Assembly (NCBI GenBank): GCA_964463155.1
Contig: CAYXAY010000008.1
Location: 1-25,485, forward strand
DNA: 25,485 nt
From: an uncultured archaeon
GTDB lineage: Archaea; Iainarchaeota; Iainarchaeia; Iainarchaeales; CSSED10-239
Direction: 5' to 3'
The position numbers were made by a program, and so were the translations under genes. Shown piece after piece: positions 1-9,403 of this stretch; position 1 is the stretch's first letter; each line of letters begins with the position of its first letter. The notes under the pieces were generated by a model, which saw only the letters and a program-made list of their open reading frames with translations, was not told the DNA's origin and did not search any database.

Positions 1-142
1 GCAATCTTACTTCACCAAAAACTCGTTTAACTTGCTTGAAAAAAGCATTAAAACTAATCGGTTGTAATATATTTTACATAAATCTTCAAAATATATTTGT
101 CGCAAGACATATATATTATTTATATTACATAAAAATTAGGAA

Positions 143-161
143 TTATAGAATGGTTCTATAA
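143..161 (-). terminator. hairpin downstream of rnz (possible terminator)
   Basis: Perfect inverted repeat TTATAGAA (143-150), loop tgg, TTCTATAA (154-161), about 30 nt past the rnz stop codon in an AT-rich spacer. Function cannot be shown from sequence. Confidence 0.25.
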
Positions 162-193
162 CCCATATTAGATATGATACTTATTTAAACACA

Positions 194-1138
194 CTAGTAA
201 TCATCTATTCCTATTTCTTTTAGACCATGAATGATTATTGGTTTTATTCCTGTGCTTTTTGCTTTTTTTTGAAGATCTTTTTCTCTTTTCTCTAAGTCAT
301 TGTATTTACTAGATATGTGAATTAAGAAAAGTTGCTTAACTTTTGCTTTTTTTGCAAAGGCAGGGATGTCTTCAGCAACTGAGTGCTTGACTGCTTTTGC
401 TTTCTCTCTGTCTTCCTCAAAGAAAGTACATTCATGTATCAAAATGTCGGTATATAGTAGTTCCTTTGGAATCACTTTTAGAATTGCAGTGTCTGCTAAA
501 TAAGCAATTCTTTTTCCAATCTTTTTAAACTTGTAGTCCATTACCATCTCTGGCTTTATTGTTTTGCCTTTTAGTTTTATTGTTTTGCCTTTTTGAAGAT
601 CTGAAAAAAGAGGACCTTCAGGAATATTAAGTTTTAATGCTTTTGCTTTATTGAATTTTCCTACCTTGTCTTTTACCTTAAAAATATAACCATTTGTTCT
701 TGTGGTATGGTCAAGAGAAATAACTTCAACTTTTATTTCCTTGTCTTCAAAAGCTAAACCTTTTTCTGCTTCAATTATGTTAATCTTATACTCTGACGGA
801 TAAGCATCATAGATTGTTAGTTTTATTAATGTTTCCAATTGTTTTTTCTCGTTCTTTGGAACAAAAATATTTAATTGTGCTGTTCTGTTATTAAGTTTAA
901 AGGTTGAAAGCAAACCTAAAAGCCCAAAGAAATGGTCCCCATGCATATGTGAAATAAATATATTATTTATTTTCATAATGCTTTGCTTGACTTTCATAAT
1001 CTGTTGCTGACAATTCTCTGGGCAATCAAACAAATGGTTCTGACCATTATAATTAAGCAAGATGCTTGAAAGATTCCTATCAACTGTAGGTAGCGATGCG
1101 CTATTGCCTAAGAAAAACACTTTAATTTTAGCGGACAT
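194..1138 (-). CDS. rnz: Ribonuclease Z (tRNA 3' endonuclease, metallo-beta-lactamase fold)
   Basis: 314 aa. The N-terminus 'KVFFLGNSASLPTVDRNLSSILL...HLFDCPENCQQQ' matches the RNase Z pattern. HxHxDH motif 'HMHGDH'. Size fits short-form RNase Z. Confidence 0.85.
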   Translation of the reverse strand: MSAKIKVFFLGNSASLPTVDRNLSSILLNYNGQNHLFDCPENCQQQIMKVKQSIMKINNIFISHMHGDHFFGLLGLLSTFKLNNRTAQLNIFVPKNEKKQLETLIKLTIYDAYPSEYKINIIEAEKGLAFEDKEIKVEVISLDHTTRTNGYIFKVKDKVGKFNKAKALKLNIPEGPLFSDLQKGKTIKLKGKTIKPEMVMDYKFKKIGKRIAYLADTAILKVIPKELLYTDILIHECTFFEEDREKAKAVKHSVAEDIPAFAKKAKVKQLFLIHISSKYNDLEKREKDLQKKAKSTGIKPIIIHGLKEIGIDDY

Positions 1139-1223
1139 AGTAATATTATTAGTATAAATTAGTTTTTAAACAATTTGGAACATATAATATGTATAAAATA
1201 ACTAATTTTTATTGGTGGAGTTT

Positions 1224-3170
1224 ATGCCAAAAAAGAAAAAAACAAATATTAAATCTAAACAAAAAAATACTGTAAAAAACAAAATAGAAAAAATAACTGT
1301 CAAAGAACTAATATATAATGATACAAGCGAGATTGAAGTGTCAAAGAAAATGATTGACCAAGTCATTGGACAAGACTCTTCTATTAATCTTATAAAAAAA
1401 GTATCACAGCAAAAAAGACATATTATGCTTATTGGTGCTCCAGGCACTGGTAAATCAATGATTGCTTCTGCTCTTGCTGAGATGCTTCCAACTAACAAAC
1501 TTACAGATATCTTGGTTTATCCTAACGAAGAAGATTCGCATACCCCAAAGATTATTGAAATGCCAACTGGAGATGGGAAAAAAGTAATTGATGCCGCAAA
1601 GATTGAAGCAGCAAGACATATGGGAGTTGGAAAACTTCTTGGCTTTTTCCTTCCAACATTATGGCTTATAATTTCAATAGTTTTTTGGAGACTTGGTTGG
1701 GTTCCTGATGTTGTGTTTGCAGCAATGCTTTTAATGTCAGGATTTTTAATGGTATCCGCAGCATTAAGTATGCAAATGATGCAAAAGGAAAGAGCGGTTA
1801 TTCCAAAGATATTGATTGATAATTCTGGAAAGAAAGAAGTTCCATTTGTTGATGCTACTGGTGCAAAAGCAGGAGCACTTCTTGGAGACGTTTTACATGA
1901 TCCTTTGCAATCAGGCGGTCTTGGAACACCGGCACACTTAAGAGTTGTTCCAGGAATGATACACAAGGCACATGGGGGGGTTTTGTTTATTGATGAGATT
2001 TCGGCATTGTCACCAAAATCACAACAGGACTTGTTAACAATCTTACAAGAAAAGAAATTCAGTATTACTGGGCAATCAGAAATGTCAAGTGGTGCTATGG
2101 TTAGAACAACTCCTGCTCCTTGTGATTTTATTCTAGTCGCTGCCGGTAATTATCATGACCTTGAAAAGGTTCATCCTGCTATTCGGTCAAGAATCAGAGG
2201 TTCTGGTTATGAGTGTTATATGAATATTGATATGCCTGACACAGAATACAATAGAAAAAAGATAATACAATTTGTTGCTCAAGAAATAGCAAAAGACAAA
2301 AAGATTCCACACTTTACAAAAGACTCAGTTGATGAGATTATTTTTGAAGCAAGAAAAAGAGCAACAAGAAAGAACAGCTTAACTTTGAAACTAAGAGAAC
2401 TTGGCGGGCTTATTAGGGCTGCTGGCGATCTTGCTTTAGAAGAAAACAAAAAACTGGTAACAAGAGATTTGGTTATTAAAGCCAAAGGAACAGCAAAGAC
2501 TCTTGAGGAACAAATGGTTAACAAGATGATGGTTGTTAAAAAAGACTATGATATCTTTAAGACAACAGGAACATCTGTTGGTAGAGTTAATGGCCTTGCA
2601 GTTATGAACGAGACAGATGCAGGATTATTGCTTCCAATTGAATGTGAGATAACACCGGCTGCTTCAAAAAACGAAGGAAGAATCATAGCTACCGGCCAAC
2701 TTGGAAATATTGCTAAAGAATCTGTTGACAATGTCTCTGCAATTGTAAAAAAACTAACTGGTAAAGATATTTCTAATTACGACATACATGTTCAGTTTTT
2801 GCAGACATACAATGTTGAAGGAGACTCTGCTTCAATTTCAATAGCAACTGCAATCATTTCTGTTCTTGAAAACATTCCTGTTAAGCAAGATATAGCAATG
2901 ACAGGTTCATTGTCTATTAGAGGAGATGTTCTTCCTATTGGCGGAGTTACAGCAAAAGTCAACGCAGCAAAACTAGCAAAGATAAAAAAAGTAATTATTC
3001 CTGAATCAAACAAGGAAGATTTAGTATTATCTGCAGAAGTTTCAAAAGACTTAGAAATTATTCCGGTTAAGACGATTTGGGAAGTAATACTTTATGCTTT
3101 TAAGGATAATTCCAAGAAAGAATCATTGATACAAAGAATAAACAAGATTTATGATATTAAGTTAGCATAA
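1224..3170 (+). CDS. lonB: Archaeal membrane-bound Lon protease (LonB)
   Basis: Walker A 'GAPGTGKS' and Walker B 'VLFIDEI'. Two hydrophobic helices ('[15 protein letters not shown]', '[19 protein letters not shown]') are inserted in the AAA+ module. C-terminal Lon protease domain has Ser in '[12 protein letters not shown]' and Lys in '[10 protein letters not shown]'. I prefer the ATG at 1224 (MPKKKK); the ORF track starts at the TTG at 1212. Confidence 0.9.
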   Translation: MPKKKKTNIKSKQKNTVKNKIEKITVKELIYNDTSEIEVSKKMIDQVIGQDSSINLIKKVSQQKRHIMLIGAPGTGKSMIASALAEMLPTNKLTDILVYPNEEDSHTPKIIEMPTGDGKKVIDAAKIEAARHMGVGKLLGFFLPTLWLIISIVFWRLGWVPDVVFAAMLLMSGFLMVSAALSMQMMQKERAVIPKILIDNSGKKEVPFVDATGAKAGALLGDVLHDPLQSGGLGTPAHLRVVPGMIHKAHGGVLFIDEISALSPKSQQDLLTILQEKKFSITGQSEMSSGAMVRTTPAPCDFILVAAGNYHDLEKVHPAIRSRIRGSGYECYMNIDMPDTEYNRKKIIQFVAQEIAKDKKIPHFTKDSVDEIIFEARKRATRKNSLTLKLRELGGLIRAAGDLALEENKKLVTRDLVIKAKGTAKTLEEQMVNKMMVVKKDYDIFKTTGTSVGRVNGLAVMNETDAGLLLPIECEITPAASKNEGRIIATGQLGNIAKESVDNVSAIVKKLTGKDISNYDIHVQFLQTYNVEGDSASISIATAIISVLENIPVKQDIAMTGSLSIRGDVLPIGGVTAKVNAAKLAKIKKVIIPESNKEDLVLSAEVSKDLEIIPVKTIWEVILYAFKDNSKKESLIQRINKIYDIKLA

Positions 3171-3206
3171 ATTTTCTAATTATACTTTAATAACTCTTTG
3201 CTAAAA

Positions 3207-3218
3207 TTTTTATTTTTT
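3207..3218 (+). terminator. oligo-T tract downstream of lonB
   Basis: T5-A-T6 (3207-3218) lies 37 nt after the lonB stop. Oligo-T is the usual archaeal termination signal. Confidence 0.35.
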
Positions 3219-3244
3219 GAAAGCCCAAAACCAGCATTGTAATG

Positions 3245-3574
3245 CTAAGTAATTATTTTTTTCCTCTCTGTCTTTGAAACATCAGGATAAAGTTTAGTGC
3301 CATTCTGTGAGTTGATGCATATCCTCGCGCCAATATCTTCTACACTTGGAACAAAAAGATAATTTGTTTTTTTATTATATATTTTGTTTAGGGCAAGATT
3401 GATCTTATTTGAAGTTGTACCCAGCATTTGATAATCAAAGACTATAAAATTTTTATAGTTTTTATTTAAGGAATTTCTAGTATTTCTTGAAAGATTTTTT
3501 CTTATTTCCTCAAGATAACTGTAGCTATCATACCATCTAAAAACATCAGATATTGGAGTTAATAGAAAAGTCAC
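3245..3574 (-). CDS. Hypothetical protein, possibly the intact 3' part of a decayed longer gene
   Basis: 109 codons from a GTG. The frame is open upstream to 3687 without any ATG. Upstream on the same strand, a second frame (3833 to 3672, with ATG at 3767) reads 'EVQLLALYVLNKATPKSLCFKLMSIRKYPVFFKAHFLSLKQNSRKVLALIFSK' and ends in TGA. It can be joined to this ORF through one further frame shift at an A/T6 run near 3606-3611. I recognise no family. Confidence 0.4.
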   Translation of the reverse strand: MTFLLTPISDVFRWYDSYSYLEEIRKNLSRNTRNSLNKNYKNFIVFDYQMLGTTSNKINLALNKIYNKKTNYLFVPSVEDIGARICINSQNGTKLYPDVSKTERKKIIT

Positions 3575-3775
3575 TCTTGCTTTTGAAAGTGTTTGTTCAA
3601 AAAAGCTTTTTAAGAGGCAACCTATTTTGACATGCCTGTTGCTTGGAGAAAAACATGGATTTCTTCTCCTTTCATTTTGAAAATATTAAAGCCAAAACTT
3701 TTCTTGAATTTTGTTTTAAACTTAGGAAGTGTGCTTTGAAAAATACAGGATATTTCCTTATAGACATAAGTTTAA

Positions 3776-4102
3776 AGCACAAAGATTTGGGGGTGGCTTT
3801 GTTTAAGACATAGAGGGCAAGCAATTGGACTTCTTAGCGTTGGTGTTTCTCCAAGAATTATTGAAGTCCAGACAATACAAGACATAAAATCAAATTCAAA
3901 AACAAAACCTCCAAAAGATTGAGAAAAACTTCTAACAGACACTTTCATTCTTTCAAACTTGTCAAATATAAAAGAAGGCCATCAAATAGAATATAACGGC
4001 CAAGAATCGTTAAATAACAAACTAATTGATAGAGATTATTACTCAGAAAAACTTAAAGACAATAAAATAACTGCAGAAAATAGATTAAAACTAAAAAAAT
4101 AA
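3776..4102 (+). pseudogene. Start-less, stop-interrupted reading frame (gene remnant)
   Basis: 108-codon frame with one in-frame TGA (3920-3922): '...RGQAIGLLSVGVSPRIIEVQTIQDIKSNSKTKPPKD*EKLLTDTFILSNLSNIKEGHQIEYNGQESLNNKLIDRDYYSEKLKDNKITAENRLKLKK'. There is no ATG/GTG/TTG before the TGA. The A-rich sense strand looks like the real genes here. Confidence 0.35.
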
Positions 4103-4282
4103 TTAACATTATAGATGCAAAAAAGAAATTCAGAAAGATAATGCTGGGTACTTATTTTGATAAAAAAGGAAAACTAAATTCTAATAGATTAAGAACAAAA
4201 CGACTTTTATAAAGAAAAATATGTAAAAGAATTGCATAAAACCAAAAATAAGCCCTTACAAAAGAAGAACTCTAACAAGGGT

Positions 4283-4999
4283 TTAAATTAGCATAGAGCT
4301 CAAATAGAATTTTATATTACAATCTTTGCTTAGATTGTATTCAATGTATATTGGAATGTCTTCTGCTAGTTTTATTGTTAACTCTTTATCGTTGTCCATA
4401 GATTTGACTATATTCTTTAAAAAAGAAAGAGAAAACTTAGCAGAAAAATCCATTTTTGATTTTACCTTAATATCTGGAAGAGTTGTTTTTATGTTTCCTT
4501 TATCTCCTGTTGCTTCAATTAATAGTTTGTTATTATGTATCTTAAAGACTAAGGTTGAAGCTACAAGATTAATGTCTGCTAATATTTCTTTTAATAGCCA
4601 TGCACTAATATTAAATTCTACCTCATATCTTAACTCTGGTAATTTAATATCTTGCTCAGAAAGATCCAAGAAAGGCACATAGAATTTTCTTTCAATCTTT
4701 CCTGATAGCAATACCTCTAAACCTTGCTCTTTAAGATTTAATTGTAGTTTGTCTTCTCCAAAAGATCTTGATAACATGTTCTTTAGCTCTTGGATGTTTA
4801 GACCAACCAAAGATGGTTCAATAATATAGTTCTCAAAAGCCTTCTTTGACATATAGAAATCAACTAAAAGAATCTGAGTCTTATCAATAGCTTTAATGTA
4901 TATTCCATCATCCTTGAATCTAACATTGGTTTCCTGAACTAACGGAGTTATGGTTTCTAGGCTTTTAGCAAGTAAGGTTGTGTTTTTTGTTGTAATCAT
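4283..4999 (-). CDS. pcn: DNA polymerase sliding clamp (PCNA)
   Basis: 238 aa and acidic. Overall resemblance to archaeal PCNA ('LAKSLETITPLVQETNVRFKDDGIYIKAIDKTQILLVDF...'). Divergent from the RFC large-subunit gene. Confidence 0.8.
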   Translation of the reverse strand: MITTKNTTLLAKSLETITPLVQETNVRFKDDGIYIKAIDKTQILLVDFYMSKKAFENYIIEPSLVGLNIQELKNMLSRSFGEDKLQLNLKEQGLEVLLSGKIERKFYVPFLDLSEQDIKLPELRYEVEFNISAWLLKEILADINLVASTLVFKIHNNKLLIEATGDKGNIKTTLPDIKVKSKMDFSAKFSLSFLKNIVKSMDNDKELTIKLAEDIPIYIEYNLSKDCNIKFYLSSMLI

Positions 5000-5099
5000 A
5001 ATTATTCACTTTCAATAATAGTAAAACAACAAATGTTTTAAAAAGGTAATTATGGTTTAATGTAGCTTTTTATATACCTTTTTAATTATATATTATATT

Positions 5100-6335
5100 A
5101 TGAAGAACTTCTTTGATAAATACACTCCAAAATCCCTTGAAGAAGTTGTTGGAAATAAGCCGGCAATTGAAGCAATAAAGAAATGGAGCGAGAAACATGA
5201 GAAGCCTTTATTTATCTATGGAGCCCCCGGTATTGGAAAAACTCTTGTTGCAAATCTTCTTGCTAAAGAAAAGAAATGGGTTGTACTTAACACTGACGCT
5301 TCTGATATCAGAGACAAGGAAACAATGAAAAATGTCTTTAATATCGCATGCACTAGTAACACTATTTTTGGTAACACAAGACTTGTCTTGATTGATGAGA
5401 TTGATTCTGTTTCTGACAAGAAGGGGGGAGACGATTTTGGTTTTTTTTCTGAACTTGAAAAAATACTTGACAAATCTATGCAGCCAATCATAATGATTGC
5501 TAACGATCCTTATGACAATAAGAAGCTTAGACCAATCTTTGAGAAATCAGAACAAGTAAAGTTTGATTTGCCGCACAAGCCTTCAATCTTGAAGTTTGCT
5601 AAAGAAATCTGTGACAAGGAAAATATAGATTATGATCTTGTGGCATTGACTGGCATTATTGAAAACTCTGCAAACGATGTTAGGGCAACAATGATTGATA
5701 TTTACACTCTTGGCTTCGGAAAGAAAATCACTCTTGAAGACACAGAGTCGCTTGGAAGCAGAAAAAAGGACGAGGATGTTTTTAAGGTTCTACAAAAGAT
5801 ATTTTATGTCAAGGACTTTTCTGAGACTAGAAATGTCACAGACACTATGAACATTGATTGGGATCTTCTTTTTCTTTGGATAGAAGAAAATGTCCCAAGA
5901 CAATATAAAAATCACAAGAATCTTGCTAATGCCTTTGAAAACCTTAGTAAAGCAGATATCAATAATGCGAGGATTAGAGGAAGCTATTGGGTTTTATTAA
6001 AATATGTCATGGACTATTTGACTGTTGGTGTTGCTTATTCTAAAAAGGAAAAAGAAGTTAGTGCAGGATACACTTCATTTCAATTTCCAAGAATCCTGAG
6101 GATGTATGTCTCTAAAGACAAGCTTTTGCAAAAAGCGGTTGTTGAAAAGATGACGGAAAGAATACATTGCTCTAAAAGGATTATCTTAAGAGACTATCTT
6201 CCATTTATGATTATTATTGCAAAAACAAACAAATGCAACAAGGAGTTAATTACACACTTTGATTTCAGTTTAGAAGAAATGAAGCATTTAGGCGCAAAGA
6301 TAACAGAAAAGCAATATGAAAAAATAATGAGTTGA
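5100..6335 (+). CDS. rfcL: Replication factor C large subunit
   Basis: 'KYTPKSLEEVVGN', Walker A 'GAPGIGKT', 'NTDASDIRDKE', Walker B 'LVLIDEIDS', sensor region 'SANDVRATMIDIY'. 411 aa. Ends in TGA at 6333-6335. Confidence 0.85.
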   Translation: MKNFFDKYTPKSLEEVVGNKPAIEAIKKWSEKHEKPLFIYGAPGIGKTLVANLLAKEKKWVVLNTDASDIRDKETMKNVFNIACTSNTIFGNTRLVLIDEIDSVSDKKGGDDFGFFSELEKILDKSMQPIIMIANDPYDNKKLRPIFEKSEQVKFDLPHKPSILKFAKEICDKENIDYDLVALTGIIENSANDVRATMIDIYTLGFGKKITLEDTESLGSRKKDEDVFKVLQKIFYVKDFSETRNVTDTMNIDWDLLFLWIEENVPRQYKNHKNLANAFENLSKADINNARIRGSYWVLLKYVMDYLTVGVAYSKKEKEVSAGYTSFQFPRILRMYVSKDKLLQKAVVEKMTERIHCSKRIILRDYLPFMIIIAKTNKCNKELITHFDFSLEEMKHLGAKITEKQYEKIMS

Positions 6336-6340
6336 AATTA

Positions 6341-8119
6341 ATGGCAAAAAGCACTAGAATCGCTGTTCTTGATAGAGACAAATGCCAACCTAAAAGCTGT
6401 AATTATCTTTGTAAACGTCTTTGTCCTGGCGTACGGATGGGTGAAGAAACCATTGTTGTTGAACCAGGAAATCTTTTTCCGATAATTGACGAAATGCTTT
6501 GTACAGGTTGTGGGATATGCCAAAATCGCTGCCCACAAAAAGCAATATCAATCATCAATATTGGAATGGAACTTGATAATCCTTTACACCAATATGGAAA
6601 AAATATGTTTCGGTTGTTTACTCTTCCAACCATAGAGAAAGGATTTATTACTGGAATTATTGGGAAGAATGGGGCAGGAAAGACAACGGCCATTAACATA
6701 CTTTCCGGAAATCTGGTTCCTAATTTTGGAGACTACTCCAAACTTGGAGACAAACAAAAGGTTATTGAGTATTTTAGAGGAAAAGCAATACAACAGCATT
6801 TTGAAGATTTAAAAGATAACAAAATAACAATTGCCTATAAGATACAAAAGGTTGAGGATATTCCAAAAGTCTATAACAAGAAAATATCTGAACTTCTTAA
6901 TGGAATAAGTAAAGACGAAAAAGAAAAACAAAAAGTCATAAAAGAACTTGAGCTTGAAAAGCTTCTTTTAAAAACACCAAGAGAAATCTCTGGAGGAGAA
7001 TTACAAAGAGTTGCTATTGCTTCAGTTCTTTTGAAAAAAGCAACCCTTTATTTCTTTGATGAATATTCTACATTTCTTGACATCAAGCAAAGATTTAGAA
7101 TTGCAAAAATCCTAAGAGAAAAAATAACTGAAGAAAACATAATGCTTGTTATTGAGCATGATCTTGCAATCTTGGATTATCTAAGTGACTTTGTCCATGT
7201 TTTCTTTGGACAAAAGCAGGCATATGGTGTTTCATCAAACAAGAAGACAACAAAGAAAGGAATAAATGAGTTCTTGGATGGATTTTTAAAAGAAGAAAAT
7301 ATTAGGATTAGAACTTATGCTATTACTTTTAGCTCAACCCAAGACAAAAGTATAACCAAAAGACAACTGTTTTTTGAATATCCTGATTTCTCTAAAAAAC
7401 TAGGAAGCTTTAAGCTTGAAACTTCTTCAGCAAAGATAAACCGCGGAGAGGTCGTTGGTATACTTGGACCTAATGCAATTGGGAAAACAACATTTATCAA
7501 AGTCCTTGCTGGTGTTGAAAAACCAGAAGAGAGTAATGTTGATTTGAAACTAAAGATTTCATACAAACCACAATATATTGATTATGATCCAGAGATAACT
7601 GTTAGAGAATTGTTTATGAATAAAGACATTGATCAGGAAATATTTTCATCAGAACTTAAAAGACAATTTGATTTAGAAAGCATATTTAATCAAAAGATTT
7701 CTGAACTTAGTGGGGGAGAATTGCAAAAGGTTGCGGTTGCACATTGTCTTTCAAAGACTGCGGATATTTATCTTCTTGACGAGCCAAGCGCATTTTTGGA
7801 TGTTGAACTAAGGCTTGTTGTTTCTGCGGCAATCAAAAACATAATAACAAAGACAGAAAAATGCGCTTTTGTTGTTGATCATGATCTTCTTCTTCTTGAT
7901 TACATTTCTGACAGGGTGCTATTGTTTGAAGGAACTCCTGGAACTATTGGAAAAGTAGAAAGTATAACCGACATACAGACAGCATTTAATGCTTTTTTAA
8001 AAACAGAAGACATGACTTTCAGGCAAGACATTGAAACAAAAAGACCAAGAGCTAATAAGCCTGGTTCACAAAAAGACCAAGAGCAGAAAAAAGAAAACAG
8101 ATATTATTATACTAATTAA
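6341..8119 (+). CDS. ABCE1 / RNase L inhibitor-type ribosome recycling ATPase
   Basis: N-terminal 2x[4Fe-4S] domain ('CQPKSCNYLCKRLCP', 'CTGCGICQNRCP'). Two ABC NBDs (Walker A 'GKNGAGKTT' and 'GPNAIGKTT'; signatures 'SGGELQRV' and 'SGGELQKV'). ATG at 6341, 5 nt after the rfcL stop; the track's TTG at 6332 is less likely. Confidence 0.92.
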   Translation: MAKSTRIAVLDRDKCQPKSCNYLCKRLCPGVRMGEETIVVEPGNLFPIIDEMLCTGCGICQNRCPQKAISIINIGMELDNPLHQYGKNMFRLFTLPTIEKGFITGIIGKNGAGKTTAINILSGNLVPNFGDYSKLGDKQKVIEYFRGKAIQQHFEDLKDNKITIAYKIQKVEDIPKVYNKKISELLNGISKDEKEKQKVIKELELEKLLLKTPREISGGELQRVAIASVLLKKATLYFFDEYSTFLDIKQRFRIAKILREKITEENIMLVIEHDLAILDYLSDFVHVFFGQKQAYGVSSNKKTTKKGINEFLDGFLKEENIRIRTYAITFSSTQDKSITKRQLFFEYPDFSKKLGSFKLETSSAKINRGEVVGILGPNAIGKTTFIKVLAGVEKPEESNVDLKLKISYKPQYIDYDPEITVRELFMNKDIDQEIFSSELKRQFDLESIFNQKISELSGGELQKVAVAHCLSKTADIYLLDEPSAFLDVELRLVVSAAIKNIITKTEKCAFVVDHDLLLLDYISDRVLLFEGTPGTIGKVESITDIQTAFNAFLKTEDMTFRQDIETKRPRANKPGSQKDQEQKKENRYYYTN

Positions 8120-8610
8120 CGAGTAATATTATAATCAACTTGAGTGTAGCTTGAAAGGTTGTCAATAACAGTTACTCTGCAAGATCCTGGATTTGTTCCT
8201 GACGCAGTTACATCCTTATCAAAATAAAATCTTTTTTTTAGATAAGTACTTGTATCGCTGTTTGATTGCTGACAAGAGATGTCGATTTCTCCAGTTATTG
8301 TCGAAGGGGTTCTTGTTAATATTGAAAGATTATAATCGCAGTTTGTTCCTGCGGAATTAAATGTTGTTTTTAGAGTTGAAAGATAGGCATTTGCTTTTGT
8401 CTGGTACTCAAAAATGCTAGCTACTGTACAATTTACAAAAGTTTGGTCTGCAAAAGCGTCAGCAATGGCTTGGTCTGACAATAATGATAGACTGCTTGTT
8501 TGTGATTGTACGCGAGAAGTTGTCATGTGTTGTGTTTTTGTTGCCATTGGAAATAGCAACGTTAGCATTAATAGCATAAACATTAATTCAAACAAACCTT
8601 TTGACTTCAT
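8116..8610 (-). CDS. Class III signal peptide (type IV pilin-like) secreted protein
   Basis: N-terminus 'MKSKG|LFELMFMLLMLTLLFPMA': a short basic stretch, Gly, then a hydrophobic helix. The mature part is S/T/N-rich with 4 Cys and several N-x-S/T sequons. Its start overlaps the upstream stop (ATGA). Confidence 0.6.
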   Translation of the reverse strand: MKSKGLFELMFMLLMLTLLFPMATKTQHMTTSRVQSQTSSLSLLSDQAIADAFADQTFVNCTVASIFEYQTKANAYLSTLKTTFNSAGTNCDYNLSILTRTPSTITGEIDISCQQSNSDTSTYLKKRFYFDKDVTASGTNPGSCRVTVIDNLSSYTQVDYNITR

Positions 8611-8891
8611 ATTGTTCTTGCCTCACAAAATTTTTTTGTAGTTATTGTTGATGGGTTTTGATTTGAAATGTTTGCATCATAGACCAAGCGGACAACGCAC
8701 CAGTATGGTGATGGCGGTTCTGTTTCGGAAATTGCGTTTGTTAGATATTTCCAAGATGTTCTGTCATTTAATGAAACATCCTGACGATAAGTGTTTCTAG
8801 AATATGTAAACAAGAACAGGCTAAGGAATAATAAAAACAATATCACAAAATATAAAGCAGTTATGCTAAAGATAAAAGCTTTTGATTTCAT
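8607..8891 (-). CDS. Class III signal peptide (pilin-like) small protein
   Basis: 'MKSKA|FIFSITALYFVILFLLFLSLFLF' followed by a 65-aa polar domain with 2 Cys. Lies 3 nt after the upstream gene and ends in TGA. Confidence 0.5.
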   Translation of the reverse strand: MKSKAFIFSITALYFVILFLLFLSLFLFTYSRNTYRQDVSLNDRTSWKYLTNAISETEPPSPYWCVVRLVYDANISNQNPSTITTKKFCEARTI

Positions 8892-8894
8892 TCT

Positions 8895-9398
8895 TTATTT
8901 CCTCCATACTCTTAATTCGGCGCGTTCTTGATTAAAGTCTACTGCTCTGCCTGTTATGTTTTTATTGTATTGTTCTTTTGTTATCTGGCTGTCGCAAGTT
9001 ATTACTTTAAAATCAACAAAATAGCTTTCAGAGTCTGTTACAGGTATTTGTGTGCATTCGTTTGTTGCAAATCTAACATTTGTTACTGAAAAATAACAAT
9101 GGTAATCACCAGGGATACCAAGCTTTGCTTTTGTTATTGTTGCGTTTTTGTTTATTGTTCCAGGAACATAGATTGCATTTCTTGAATCTGTTACTTTGCA
9201 GTTGATTTGTGGGTTGTTTAAGGACTTGTTGTAGGCTAATATTCCTATATAGTTTAGTTTTTCAGTAATCTTATCTGAATTATTTTTATAAACCTCAATT
9301 TCTGCAAGTTTTAACAAAAGCAGGAACATAAGTATAATTATGACTATGGCAAACAAGACCTCTGTAATTACTATTTGTCCTTTTCTTGTTTTAATCAT
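8895..9398 (-). CDS. Class III signal peptide (type IV pilin-like) secreted protein
   Basis: 'MIKTRKG|QIVITEVLFAIVIIILMFLLLL': a K/R-G-Q cleavage-type motif followed by a hydrophobic helix. The mature part has 4 Cys. Confidence 0.6.
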   Translation of the reverse strand: MIKTRKGQIVITEVLFAIVIIILMFLLLLKLAEIEVYKNNSDKITEKLNYIGILAYNKSLNNPQINCKVTDSRNAIYVPGTINKNATITKAKLGIPGDYHCYFSVTNVRFATNECTQIPVTDSESYFVDFKVITCDSQITKEQYNKNITGRAVDFNQERAELRVWRK

Positions 9399-9403
9399 TG
9401 TCT

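Noticed and set aside
1-60. Possible 3' end of a + strand gene at the window start (frame 'AILLHQKLV*' ending at 28-30).
   Set aside because: There is too little sequence to support any call.
3655-3830. GNAT acetyltransferase-like fragments in two islands: 'HRGQAIGLL' (motif A-like) in island 1, and 'ALARVHNCKEIRVNT.LFAVHPKLRAELGFVIEKKG' in island 3.
   Set aside because: This is only a by-eye resemblance to short, degenerate motifs. The island 1 stretch is also readable on the opposite strand. It cannot be supported without profile searches.
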